From Octopus bimaculoides (taxonomy: Eukaryota), in assembly GCF_001194135.2 (NCBI RefSeq), contig NC_068981.1, positions 9,508,210-9,559,844 on the forward strand: DNA of 51,635 nt, read 5' to 3'. Both the position numbers and the translations under genes were made by a program. Numbering within the stretch: position 1 is the first letter of the stretch; the number at the start of each line of letters is the position of its first letter. The notes below the pieces were generated by a model. The model did not search any database and was not told the origin of the DNA. It saw nothing but the letters and a program-made list of their open reading frames with translations. Positions 1 to 11,290 of this stretch are shown piece after piece.

Positions 1-334
1 GTGTGTGTGTGTGTGTGTGTGTCATTGTTCAGTTTTATTTCAAGATTTCTTGCTAATAGGGAAAGACCCGGTCTCTAACTTAGATCCAAGGCTCCTTCAT
101 TGGAATTTCAACATGGGTATTTTTGTTTGTTTGTATGTATGTATGTATGTATGTATGTATTTATGTATGTATGTATGTGTGTGTGCAGATTTGTATGTAT
201 TCTCATGCATATAATTGCATGTCTAGACATGCTTATATATATTTAAATGATAAACCTCTGGAAAGTTTTACAGATTTTAACAGTTCCAGTGATGGATTGG
301 ATCTGTAGTCTTTCTGGTTTTGAGAAGCCTAATT

Positions 335-376
<42 letters not shown>

Positions 377-751
377 CGTGTACTCGCGTGCACTTTTGAA
401 TATNNNNNNNNNNNNNNNNNNNNNNNNNNNNNNNNNNNNNNNNNNNNNNNNNNNNNNNNNNNNNNNNNNNNNNNNNNNNNNNNNNNNNNNNNNNNNNNNN
501 NNNNNNNNNNNNNNNNNNNNNNNNNNNNNNNNNNNNNNNNNNNNNNNNNNNNNNNNNNNNNNNNNNNNNNNNNNNNNNNNNNNNNNNNNNNNNNNNNNNN
601 NNNNNNNNNNNNNNNNNNNNNNNNNNNNNNNNNNNNNNNNNNNNNNNNNNNNNNNNNNNNNNNNNNNNNNNNNNNNNNNNNNNNNNNNNNNNNNNNNNNN
701 NNNNNNNNNNNNNNNNNNNNNNNNNNNNNNNNNNNNNNNNNNNNNNNNNNN

Positions 752-809
<58 letters not shown>

Positions 810-974
810 CGTGTACTCGCGTGCACTTTTGAATATAGAAACTAAAAACTATAAGTATTCAAAACAAATAAGTAGAGTGCATCCATCCATCCATCAATCC
901 ATCCATCCATCCATCCATACATACAAATAGACAGACATATAGATAAATAGGCAGACAGGCAGACAGACTGACGG

Positions 975-1450
975 AGACAAGAAAAAAGGTGTGTACTGTC
1001 ATAGAGGTCACCTGATTTGCTGATGTGAATATCTCTTCGAAAATTCAAGAGAGAATGGCGATAGTTATCAACATCTGTTTCCAAGCCTTCAGTTTCTGTA
1101 CCCAGATTATAAATTCACATTTGTACCAACAACATTTGGTGCCGTTGGTTTTGCCAGTAAATGCCTTTGCAACAAATTGAAAAAGATGGGGTTTTTGGGA
1201 AACGAAACCAAGCAGCTAACAGTTATAGTAAAAAGACAATCTGTGAAACCAAGCAGCTAACAGTTATAGTAAAAAGACAATCTGTGAAACCAAGCANNNN
1301 NNNNNNGACAATCTGTGAAACCAAGCAGCTAACAGTTATAGTAAAAAGACAATCTGTGAAACCAAGCAGCTAACAGTTATAGTAAAAAGACAATCTGTAA
1401 GTGGAATAAAATAATACAAGGCAAGACCTTTTTTCAAGTTAAAAAATGTG
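975..1450 (+). mobile_element. Decayed 3' end of an RLE-type (R4/Dong-like) non-LTR retrotransposon
   Basis: Manual translation across frameshifts gives VIEVT*FADVNISSKIQER..DSYQHLFPSLQFLYPDYKFTFVPTTFGAVGFASKCLCNKLK..ETKQLTVIVKRQSV. This matches the pattern of a restriction-like endonuclease C-terminus. Confidence 0.65.
1205..1398 (+). repeat. 41-bp identical tandem repeat, at least 4 copies, spanning a 10-N gap
   Basis: Unit aaaccaagcagctaacagttatagtaaaaagacaatctgtg starts at 1205 and 1246 and recurs after the gap. Confidence 0.9.
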
Positions 1451-1770
1451 ACACCGTTTTTGTTATCTACATTCCAAATGATGGAGCTTTCTACCTTTGT
1501 CAGAATTCAGCAGCTTCCTTACAGGAAAACTTAAAATCATTAAAAACAGAAGAGAACATAAATAAATTGAACTGTGTTAGTGATCCGGTCACAGTTAGTA
1601 CAACGAAAATTTTGACATCAAATAATATGTGATTAAGTGAAGTCCACAGGTTTTCTGCGTCGAAATGGTTAATATATATCTTCCAAGAGAAACTGTTACA
1701 CACGCACACACACACACACACACACACATGTGCATGTGTGTATGCGTGCGTGTACATGTGGTATATGTAT

Positions 1771-1785
<15 letters not shown>

Positions 1786-1864
<79 letters not shown>
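1786..1864. repeat. (CA)n microsatellite
   Basis: Perfect CA run seen directly. Confidence 0.98.
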
Positions 1865-1867
<3 letters not shown>

Positions 1868-1990
1868 CAAATTTACAGAAAAAAGAGACGAGGACAGGTG
1901 AAGGAACAAAAGGCAGGTCTATTAGTTTAACGCTCAGGAAGAATGGAAGTCTTTGACGTTTCGAGGCTACGCTCTTCGACAGAAAGGATT
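1865..1990 (-). mobile_element. PLE-like terminal repeat with a minimal hammerhead-like motif
   Basis: Minus strand reads CCTTT-CTGTCGA-A-GAGC-GTAG-CCTC-GAAAC-GTC-AAAG. A homologous copy lies at 48911-49030. Confidence 0.5.
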
Positions 1991-2112
1991 AAGAGAGGGA
2001 AAAAAAAGGAGAGTGAACAGATAAAAAAAAAAGAAAAAAAGAAAAACGGAGAGAACAAAAAAACGGAGAGAGAAAATATGAGTAGAGATTAACGGGTCAA
2101 CATGATGAAATA

Positions 2113-2116
2113 TATG

Positions 2117-2150
<34 letters not shown>

Positions 2151-2164
2151 TGTATGTATGTATG

Positions 2165-2196
<32 letters not shown>
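2113..2196. repeat. (TATG)n microsatellite
   Basis: Seen directly. Confidence 0.97.
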
Positions 2197-2197
<1 letters not shown>

Positions 2198-2390
2198 TGC
2201 TGTTTCTGGTCAAGTATTCCGATATATTCTTGGCTTTTCAGCAGTTTGGGTCATTGACATTTGTAGGTAAGAATTCATTCTGACACCAAATGATAAATGA
2301 TTGATTCAGTGAAGTTAAAAGTTTTGTGTTTTCAAATGTCCAATACGTCTCTTTCACAGTGTAATTGTTATGTGTAATACATACATACAT

Positions 2391-2425
<35 letters not shown>

Positions 2426-3101
2426 NNNNNNNNNNNNNNNNNNNNNNNNNNNNNNNNNNNNNNNNNNNNNNNNNNNNNNNNNNNNNNNNNNNNNNNNNNN
2501 NNNNNNNNNNNNNNNNNNNNNNNNNNNNNNNNNNNNNNNNNNNNNNNNNNNNNNNNNNNNNNNNNNNNNNNNNNNNNNNNNNNNNNNNNNNNNNNNNNNN
2601 NNNNNNNNNNNNNNNNNNNNNNNNNNNNNNNNNNNNNNNNNNNNNNNNNNNNNNNNNNNNNNNNNNNNNNNNNNNNNNNNNNNNNNNNNNNNNNNNNNNN
2701 NNNNNNNNNNNNNNNNNNNNNNNNNNNNNNNNNNNNNNNNNNNNNNNNNNNNNNNNNNNNNNNNNNNNNNNNNNNNNNNNNNNNNNNNNNNNNNNNNNNN
2801 NNNNNNNNNNNNNNNNNNNNNNNNNNNNNNNNNNNNNNNNNNNNNNNNNNNNNNNNNNNNNNNNNNNNNNNNNNNNNNNNNNNNNNNNNNNNNNNNNNNN
2901 NNNNNNNNNNNNNNNNNNNNNNNNNNNNNNNNNNNNNNNNNNNNNNNNNNNNNNNNNNNNNNNNNNNNNNNNNNNNNNNNNNNNNNNNNNNNNNNNNNNN
3001 NNNNNNNNNNNNNNNNNNNNNNNNNNNNNNNNNNNNNNNNNNNNNNNNNNNNNNNNNNNNNNNNNNNNNNNNNNNNNNNNNNNNNNNNNNNNNNNNNNNN
3101 N

Positions 3102-3477
3102 NGTTTTGATGGCACATCTGGTGTATAAGAGAATTTGACATCGCTGCCCTAAACTGTGTCTCATTTCGAGCCATTGGTTCGTCTGGTATTGTGGAGAGGA
3201 AAGCGTCGAGTTTTGTCTTGAAGACCTCCACATCCGTGTCTTGCAGGTCTCTCAAATGTTTTGGCAGGGCATTGAAGAGCTGAGGTCCTCTGAAACCGAG
3301 GCTGCTGCAGTATCTCGTTCTTATGTGAGATGCAGTGGACGGTACCTTTGGCACCATGCAGTGGCGACCCATGCGGGCATTCCTGTAGTACTTGATGCCA
3401 AAGTTCGGCACCAGTCCTTCCAGTATTTTCCATATGTATATTATTACATATCTCTCCCGCCTGCGTTCCAGGGAGTA
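3102..3477 (-). mobile_element. 5'-truncated CR1/L2-type LINE, ORF2 C-terminus
   Basis: Open frame YSLERRRERYVIIYIWKILEGLVPNFGI...GPQLFNALPKHLRDL..FKTKLDAFLSTIPDEP is the typical post-RT tail of CR1-group LINEs. The 3' end runs into a gap. Confidence 0.85.
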
Positions 3478-3789
3478 TATATATATATACATGCATATAT
3501 ACATACATACATACGTATGGATGTATGTATTTATATGTTTGCATGGATTGTATTGATATATGTATATGTTGTTGTTGTTTTTGATAGAGTATTCTGACAA
3601 ATTCTTGATGTCTCACCAATCTGGATTATTGATAGTTTGTATCGAAAATTCTCCAAAGTTTCAAAATATGCTTACACAGAAAATTGAAAGGTGCTCAGAA
3701 TCATCAAGAAACCACTAAATATTTTCCCTAATTTAGTTTTTATTATAGTGAAAATCTTTTGGTTTATTACCAACCTTATTATTTTCATG

Positions 3790-4115
3790 CTGAATATGCG
3801 CCATGGAAAGATAGTGTTAGGAAGAACATTTCGGGAACATATCCGAAATGAAATAATTCGAGAGGGGAGTGGGAGGAAACGACGTAATTTTAGAATACTG
3901 AAAACACATGTTACTCTGGGCCGGCCATGTCACAAGGTTCACAGACATGAGGTGGACATGTACAATTGTCGAGTGATATTCAAGAGATCGGGAAATGACA
4001 CTTGGAAGACCTCTACGATCACGGGAAGACAACTTGGTTAAACGATGTGGCTCATGATGGAAACTAAAAGCGCAATCATGAAAGAATTGGAAGCGCATTG
4101 TGATCAGCGGAGTAT
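3790..4115 (+). mobile_element. Decayed RTE-clade LINE 3' fragment
   Basis: LLWAGHVTRFTDMRWTCTIVE*YSRDREMTLGRPLRSREDNL matches the RTE C-terminal WAGHV.R...RW...W.P...R..GRP..RW.D pattern, with in-frame stops. Confidence 0.8.
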
Positions 4116-4129
4116 TACAACATCCGATA

Positions 4130-4520
4130 TTCTGGTCGATACAATGATATAGTCTTTAATTGATCTACCCCTAATTTTAGAAGTCTGTAAGTATTGAATA
4201 GTATTATTTTTGTTACAGTCTTGAACTGCGATCCTGCTGGATGCAACGCCTTCGAGGCTTTTAGTCTTTGCCTGACACTAACAATTACACCTGGTCATTC
4301 CTCTAGAATTTCCACCCAGTTCGTACATTCTCTACGATCATCGACATGCAACTGTTGAAAACGTACATTACCTTCGTGCATCTCACCGATCTTAAATAAC
4401 CTACCATAGCCGTCCAAAGAATTTTTATTAGTTTGTCCAAAACGTCCATGCTTGTTTTTGTAGTTTTAGTTAGCCCTTCCTTCGTAGGTTCTGAATAATC
4501 CAAAGATTTCCTTTTATAAC
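4130..4520 (-). mobile_element. Possible decayed LINE APE endonuclease fragment
   Basis: Mostly open frame KHGRFGQTNKNSLDGYGRLFKIGEMHEGNVRFQQLHVDDRRECTNW loosely resembles the RTE APE region (GRFG..N..G..L...N..FQ...R.TW). Confidence 0.3.
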
Positions 4521-4563
4521 TCCCAAGTTACTCTGGTTGTTGGAAAGCATTGGGAATGTAATA

Positions 4564-4968
4564 TGGGGTGACAACATTAGGCAGTGATGTGTATAAATAC
4601 AAACTTATTACCAGTTCAATATACCTAAGGCATATTCGAACACGTAATAAAGTAATTCACTGTATTTTGTCATAGAGAAATTTCTTGGCGAAGACAAATA
4701 GGTATAAAGACACTGACTCAGCTCACAGCGTCGCATAACCAAACTGTTGGACGTATGCATTTTGGAGTGGTTACTTACTCTTCAGAAGCAGAGACCGAAA
4801 AGTTAGTTGATGCGAACTGACACGAGAGACAGGTCCCTCTTACAATATTCCCGTCATCATTCAATGACTGGTGCTATTCAATGTACGGGTTCGAATATGG
4901 ATCAAGCATATTTGAACTGGTAACAAGTTTGTATTCATGCACATCACTGCTAAGTGAAAGTCACCCCG
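4564..4968 (-). mobile_element. Foldback element with ~100-bp inverted arms and a degenerate HHR motif
   Basis: 4564-4660 is the diverged reverse complement of 4870-4968, with TA on both flanks. Minus-strand CTGAAGA at 4784-4778. A second inverted-orientation copy lies at 5290-5545. Confidence 0.7.
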
Positions 4969-5113
4969 TATTTTATTTACTGCAAGCCGCTGAATAGGTT
5001 ATAAGATTACCAACTTTTTAATAATAAATAGTTATTGACTTTTAACTCTCCATTTTCTTTCCTTCAATTAACTGAACATAAATTATATGTTTAATATATA
5101 CCTAGTGATTGTG

Positions 5114-5270
5114 TTTACGTTCTGAGTTCAAATTCCGCCAAGGTCGACATTGCCTTTCATCCTTTCGGGGTTGATAAATTAAGTATCATTTGCGCACTAG
5201 GGTCGATTTAATCGACGGTCCCCCCACCGCAAAATTTCTGGCCTTGTGCCTAGAGTAGAAAAGAATATAA
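5114..5270 (+). mobile_element. SINE family A, 5'-truncated
   Basis: B-box-like gttctgagttcaaattcc plus the conserved core gcctttcatcctttcggggtcgataaattaagta. Confidence 0.9.
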
Positions 5271-5289
5271 TAATATAACCAACCAGTTA

Positions 5290-5545
5290 TTGAACGATGA
5301 CAGGAATATTATAGGAAGTACTTGTCCCCCGTGCCATTTCGCAGCGTTTGCCTTTCTGGTTTCTGGTGCTGGGGAGGAGATAACCACTCCGAAATGCATG
5401 CATCATACACTCTGGTTGGGTGACGCTGTGAACCGACCCAGTGCATTTACACCCATTTGTTTACAACGAGAAATTTTCTCCACGACAAAATACAGTGAAT
5501 GTCTTTCTTGCGGGTTCGAATATACCTCAGGCATATTAGAGCTGC
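5290..5545 (+). mobile_element. Second partial copy of the 4564-4968 element
   Basis: Aligns by eye to the reverse complement of 4600-4870. Contains CTGGGGA-GGAG-loop-CTCC-GAAA at 5369-5394. Confidence 0.65.
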
Positions 5546-6830
5546 CAACAAGTTTTTATTAGGAATGAAAATGTATCACATAGGATGCATGGGCGTCAGG
5601 GCAATAGGTCCCGTGTATCACATGTAATGCACATGACACACAAAGTGTTAAATGAAATCGATAAAAACAAATCAGGGTGATTTAAGTAAGATCGATAATA
5701 CGGTAGAGATCTTTCATTTGATTATATCTCTTTTTTTGTCAACTAAAAATTTCTCGAATTTGTACAAATGAAAGTCATGATCACACACAACTTTACTATT
5801 TGAAGAATTCAATCTAATCACATATATTTATATAGTATGTCGATTTAAAACCAGATTTATGCTTTCGTTTCTTGGATTAAAAGTTTGTCACGAATTCTTC
5901 AACATATTTGTTTCTATAGCATGTAATTTTGATTTTCCAGCTTCATTAAAAACCCCAAATCTAAAACGAAAACCAAACGAAAAACAAGCCCCAAAAAGAC
6001 CCAATACGCATCTCTGTTTACTCAAGATTGCGAACATTTACATTTTACGGGCATAACGGTGAACCGTGAAAGAAATACTTTATAAATATATTGAAAATGT
6101 CAAAGCAGTAGAAACATTTATTTAGATGAATAGAAATCAATATTTGTTATAAATGAGTGTCTTTATGACGTTAATGGACAAGCGTTAATTCGCTTATTAA
6201 AGCAAGCTAAGTTAATATGCAATATGTGAAAGTGATGTATGATTAATTAGTTCTGTCTGTCTGTCAGCTAGCCTGCCTGCTTGACTGTCTGTCTGTCTTT
6301 CTTTCTCTCTCTCTATGTATATATANNNNNNNNNNNNNNNNNNNNNNNNNNNNNNNNNNNNNNNNNNNNNNNNNNNNNNNNNNNNNNNNNNNNNNNNNNN
6401 NNNNNNNNNNNNNNNNNNNNNNNNNNNNNNNNNNNNNNNNNNNNNNNNNNNNNNNNNNNNNNNNNNNNNNNNNNNNNNNNNNNNNNNNNNNNNNNNNNNN
6501 NNNNNNNNNNNNNNNNNNNNNNNNNNNNNNNNNNNNNNNNNNNNNNNNNNNNNNNNNNNNNNNNNNNNNNNNNNNNNNNNNNNNNNNNNNNNNNNNNNNN
6601 NNNNNNNNNNNNNNNNNNNNNNNNNNNNNNNNNNNNNNNNNNNNNNNNNNNNNNNNNNNNNNNNNNNNNNNNNNNNNNNNNNNNNNNNNNNNNNNNNNNN
6701 NNNNNNNNNNNNNNNNNNNNNNNNNNNNNNNNNNNNNNNNNNNNNNNNNNNNNNNNNNNNNNNNNNNNNNNNNNNNNNNNNNNNNNNNNNNNNNNNNNNN
6801 NNNNNNNNNNNNNNNNNNNNNNNNNNNNNN

Positions 6831-6894
<64 letters not shown>

Positions 6895-7285
6895 CATGTA
6901 TGTTGGTAGCAACGTGTGTGTGTGTGCTTGACGTTGGGTGGTTAATTAATTCCATTTTAATAGAAAGCGTTGAAACCTTTCCCACTCTGCTGAAGCTAAT
7001 GTTGCGCTGTGGAACCGATGTGTTTATGTGCCAGTATATGTTGTATGTATCGATTTTTAAATATACTTCAACTAACAACGTGATTAAATTTCTTCTAACC
7101 GAAGATTTCCGAACTGTAAGAGTTCAGCAAATATCAATACACACACACATACACACACACACACATATAGGCACACACACATATATTCACGCACACACAG
7201 ACACACACACACGCATGCACCCGCAAAGAATATTCATTATAAAATGACACCTGTGTTTACTTACCTCCTCTAGGTTAACCAAAAC

Positions 7286-7352
<67 letters not shown>

Positions 7353-7773
7353 NNNNNNNNNNNNNNNNNNNNNNNNNNNNNNNNNNNNNNNNNNNNNNNN
7401 NNNNNNNNNNNNNNNNNNNNNNNNNNNNNNNNNNNNNNNNNNNNNNNNNNNNNNNNNNNNNNNNNNNNNNNNNNNNNNNNNNNNNNNNNNNNNNNNNNNN
7501 NNNNNNNNNNNNNNNNNNNNNNNNNNNNNNNNNNNNNNNNNNNNNNNNNNNNNNNNNNNNNNNNNNNNNNNNNNNNNNNNNNNNNNNNNNNNNNNNNNNN
7601 NNNNNNNNNNNNNNNNNNNNNNNNNNNNNNNNNNNNNNNNNNNNNNNNNNNNNNNNNNNNNNNNNNNNNNNNNNNNNNNNNNNNNNNNNNNNNNNNNNNN
7701 NNNNNNNNNNNNNNNNNNNNNNNNNNNNNNNNNNNNNNNNNNNNNNNNNNNNNNNNNNNNNNNNNNCATCTAA

Positions 7774-8170
7774 GGCGGCGAGCTGGCAGAATCGTTAGCA
7801 CGCCGGGCGAAATGCTTAGCGGTATTTCGTCTGCCGTTACGTTCTGAGTTCAAATTCCGCCGAGGTCGACTTTGCCTTTCATCCTTTCGGGGTCGATAAA
7901 TTAAGTACCAGTTACGCACTGGGGTCGATGTAATCGACTTAATCCGTTCGTCTGTTCTTGTTTGTTTCCTCTATGTTTAGCCCCTTGTGGGCAATAACGA
8001 AATAGGTATTTAATTTGTCTTAACGTTCTGAGTTCAAATTCCGCCGAAGTCGACTTTGCCTTTCATCCTTCCAGGGTCGATAAAATAAGTGCCAGTTGAG
8101 CAATGGGGTCGATGTAATCGATTTACCAGTCGCCTAAACTTCCAGGCCCTGTACCTAGAGTAGAAAGGAA
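7774..8170 (+). mobile_element. SINE family A, full copy plus tandem partial copy
   Basis: tRNA-like head ggcggcgagctggcagaatcgttagc...gttctgagttcaaattcc and conserved central domain. Second unit starts at about 8021. Confidence 0.92.
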
Positions 8171-8193
8171 CATTATAATATTTATCAAATATT

Positions 8194-8574
8194 GGCGCAA
8201 CTGTGCGGTAAGAAGTTTGCTTACCAACCACATGGAGCTGGGGGCCGGTCCCACTGCATAGCACTTTGTGCATGTGTCTTCTACTACAGCCCCGAGCCAA
8301 CCAAAGCCTTGTGAATGGATTTGACAAACGGAAGCTGGAAGAAGCCCTTCCTATATATATTCTTTCCTTTTCTTTTATTCTTTCACTTGTTTCAGTCATG
8401 TGACTGCTTGAACGCCAAACAAATCGACCCCAGGACATTTCTTAAGCCTAGTACTTATTCTATCGTTTTTTTTACTAATTCGCTAAGTTACGGGGATATA
8501 AACTCACCAACACCGGTTGTCAAGCAGTGATGAGTAGACTAACATAGACACAAAGATACAAAAGGCACACACAC

Positions 8575-8620
<46 letters not shown>

Positions 8621-8856
8621 ACACACGGCGGGCTTCTTCCAGTTTCCGTCTACCAAATCCACTAACAAGGCTTTTGGCCGGCCCGAGGCTATAGCAGAGG
8701 ACACTTGCCCAACGTGCCTTGCTGTGGGACTGANNNNNNNNNNGCTTTTGGCCGGCCCGAGGCTATAGCAGAGGACACTTGCCCAACGTGCCTTGCTGTG
8801 GGACTGAACCTGGAACCTTGTGGTTGAGAAACAAACTTCTTACTACACAGCCACGC

Positions 8857-8901
<45 letters not shown>

Positions 8902-9080
8902 TCCCTCACCACCGCTTGAGAGCCAGCATTGGCGTATTTGTGTCCTCAAAGCCTAGCAGTTCGGCCAAAGAGCCCAATAGAAGAAGAACCAGGCTTAAAA
9001 ACGTAAGTACTGGGGTCGATTCGCTCAAGTAAACCCTTCATGGCTGCAGTCAAATGACCGAAGCAAGAGAAAGAATAGAA
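8194..9080 (+). mobile_element. Old SINE family B copy split by a younger antisense B copy
   Basis: Head at 8194-8360 and 3' domain at 8859-9080 on +. An inverted full copy sits between them. Confidence 0.75.
8362..8858 (-). mobile_element. SINE family B (tRNA head, CORE-like segment, internal microsatellite, 3' domain)
   Basis: Reverse complement of the family seen at 20734. The internal repeat here is (CTAT)n. Confidence 0.88.
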
Positions 9081-9684
9081 GAAAAGACAGACGTGCAGAA
9101 AAGACGTTGTAAGCTTAATAAAATGGAATGGAAGGTATTATGTTGAAAGGCAGAAAGGACGGGGACAGAAGGGTTAGAAATAATTATAATATTTACAGCA
9201 CGTAGAGAAAGGAGAGTTGAGTGTTAAAAGTAGAAAGAGCTACGTTTATGAATTTGCCTTGCAAGATTCCTCATGTGGAATCGTATGTTGAAACATATTG
9301 TTATATTTGGCGTTGGTCTTATTTTTCTTTGTCAACCAATTAGCCATGCGCGTTATGTACTTTGAGATTTCATGTCAGCTTTTAAAAACCGTAAGGAATT
9401 CTTTCGGTAGAATGCCAACTGTAGTTTTAATTAGTCGACTCGCATTTACATCTTCTATGTCATTTTATAAGATTTCGCTGGCAAATTTTAAATTAACATA
9501 AGCAGTTATTTACATGAAAGAAAATTACTGGAGAACTTCCATCTAATTCTTCTAAATCATTCTGTTAAAACTCTATTGAAACCATTTGTGGGGAATTTTT
9601 TTTAATCACTGCAACTCGTCACACACCACAAGGTTTAACTTGGTTTTCATTTTAGCTTTATTATTATTTTTATTTTAGTTTCTT

Positions 9685-9795
9685 TTGACTGAAACCTTTC
9701 GTCACACATTCTGTGACCCTTTCAGCAACTCTCCATCTCACGCGTCTCTTTCTGTTCTGTTTAGTCCATTCTGTCTTTCTGTGGTGTGTACCCTT
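9685..9795 (-). repeat. Interspersed repeat, homologous to 33040-33150, with an HHR-like stem
   Basis: Shared gtcacacat.ctgtgacc..ttcagc.actctcca...ttctgtttagtccattctgtctttct.tggtgtgta. Confidence 0.7.
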
Positions 9796-10362
9796 ATCTG
9801 TGCATGCGTTTGCATCTATATCTGCGCGTGCGTGTGTCTGTGTGTGCGTGGGTTGAGAGAAAGAGCTGATGAAATCCAAGAGAGATGGTAAAATTTGCAG
9901 AAAATAAAGGCGATCCAATGTTGCAAGACATACAGGAATGGTTTAACGATCGGTTCGACGGAAGCACTTGCTGCATAGCGGAAATACGATAAAGAAAGAG
10001 AGATGAGGGCGTAACGGAGATTGTAACAGAGTCGGAGAGCGAAGTCAGGGGAAATAATAGACAATGTGTTCAAGTGTGTGTGTTAAATGAGTATGCATGT
10101 GCCTCGACACTCGAGTGTGTGCGTGTGTGCTTGTGCGTTCGTGTGTGTGGGTATGAGCAGTCAGTAGTCAGCCAAGCAGGCATTGAGGGATAGAGTGAGG
10201 GTGGGTTGAGAGTGACCCATCCGTCCTTCTATCTAACAAACAGCCTTTCTATTTCGCAATCTCTCTCTTTTTCTCTCTCTCTATCTATCTATATCTACAG
10301 ACACACACATGCATGTATATGTGAGTGTGTGTGTATTTCTGTATCTCTGTATGTGCGTGTGT

Positions 10363-10427
<65 letters not shown>

Positions 10428-10431
<4 letters not shown>

Positions 10432-10746
10432 ATTCATGTTCAGTTAATCGAAGAAAAGAAAATGGCGAGTTAAAGTTAATAATTATTTATTATTAAAAAA
10501 ACTTGTTCATCTTGCTTGCATGAACGAATAGGTCGGCATGTAATATCTTAATGTATACCTTTTTCTTTGATGAAATTATGCTCTTAACCTATAAATGCAA
10601 ATTTAAAGCATAAATTTGTAATTTACTTATTGAGCTCTAATGGAAACGGCTGTAAGGAGTAAAGATTACCAACTTTTTAATAATAAATAGTTATTAACTT
10701 TTAATTCTCCATTTTCTTTTCTTCAATTAACTGAACATGAATTATA
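10428..10746 (+). mobile_element. Foldback element with ~73-bp inverted arms and a degenerate HHR
   Basis: 10428-10500 is the reverse complement of 10674-10746. TTGATGA at 10567-10573 and GAAAC-GGCT-GTA at 10643-10654. Confidence 0.75.
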
Positions 10747-10772
10747 TGCTTAATATATACCTAGTGATTGTG

Positions 10773-11058
10773 TTTACGTTCTGAGTTCAAATTCCGCCAA
10801 GGTCGACATTGCCTTTCATCCTTTCGGGGTCGATAAATAAAGTATCATTTGCGTACTGGGGTCGATCTAATCGACTGTCTCCCCGCCCTGCAAAATTTCG
10901 GGCCTTGTGCCTAGAGTAGAAAAGAATATAATAATATAACCTACACTGCAACATAATCACCACCCGACACTGAGGCAGCGAGCTGGCAGAAACGTTAGCA
11001 CGCCAGGCGAAATGCTTAGCGGTATTTCGTCTGTCTTTACGTTCAGAGTTCAAATTCC
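10773..11058 (+). mobile_element. Two partial SINE family A copies (10773-10926 and 10974-11058)
   Basis: Core domain plus tail, followed by a head-only copy. Confidence 0.88.
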
Positions 11059-11290
11059 CGACCTTCAGAAAATTACTTAATAAAATGAAAAATTATTTGA
11101 AAGTCGAATCTCTTCAGAGGTAGCTTAAGATACACAAAACTAGTGTTCAATTCCTGCATGTTGAGTAAATGGCTTTAAACCGTTAACACTTAAACTACCT
11201 CTGAAGAAATTCGACTTTCAAATAATTTTTCATTTTATTAATTAATTTTCTGAAGGTCAGGAATTGAAACAGCTGTAAGGGATGTTTGTC
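11053..11290 (+). mobile_element. Foldback element with 77-bp inverted arms (4 mismatches)
   Basis: 11053-11129 is the reverse complement of 11189-11265. Confidence 0.85.
11192..11287 (+). ncRNA. Candidate type I hammerhead ribozyme with extended helix II
   Basis: Helix I CCT/AGG plus AAAC/GTTT; core CTGAAGA 11201-11207; helix II AATTC/GAATT, GAC/GTC, TTTCA/TGAAG; GAAAC 11266-11270; palindromic loop AGCT; GTA cleavage triplet 11275-11277. Confidence 0.7.

Noticed and set aside
40-110. HHR-like motif on minus strand (CCAATGA..GAGAC-CGG-GTC, then AATAAA)
   Set aside because: Core is too far from consensus. It may be a PLE tail but cannot be supported.
337-836. Direct repeat gtgtatgtgtgcgtgtactcgcgtgcacttttgaatat on both sides of a gap
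   Set aside because: Identical and gap-adjacent, so most likely a contig overlap.
1205-1398. CRISPR-like array
   Set aside because: No spacers, eukaryotic context and no cas genes.
2242-2266. 25-nt micro-exon (TTTTCAG..TAG|GTAAGA)
   Set aside because: Signals this short occur by chance, and no homology is recognisable.
8669-8806. 63-bp duplication inside a SINE B copy
   Set aside because: It flanks a 10-N gap exactly, which points to an assembly overlap.
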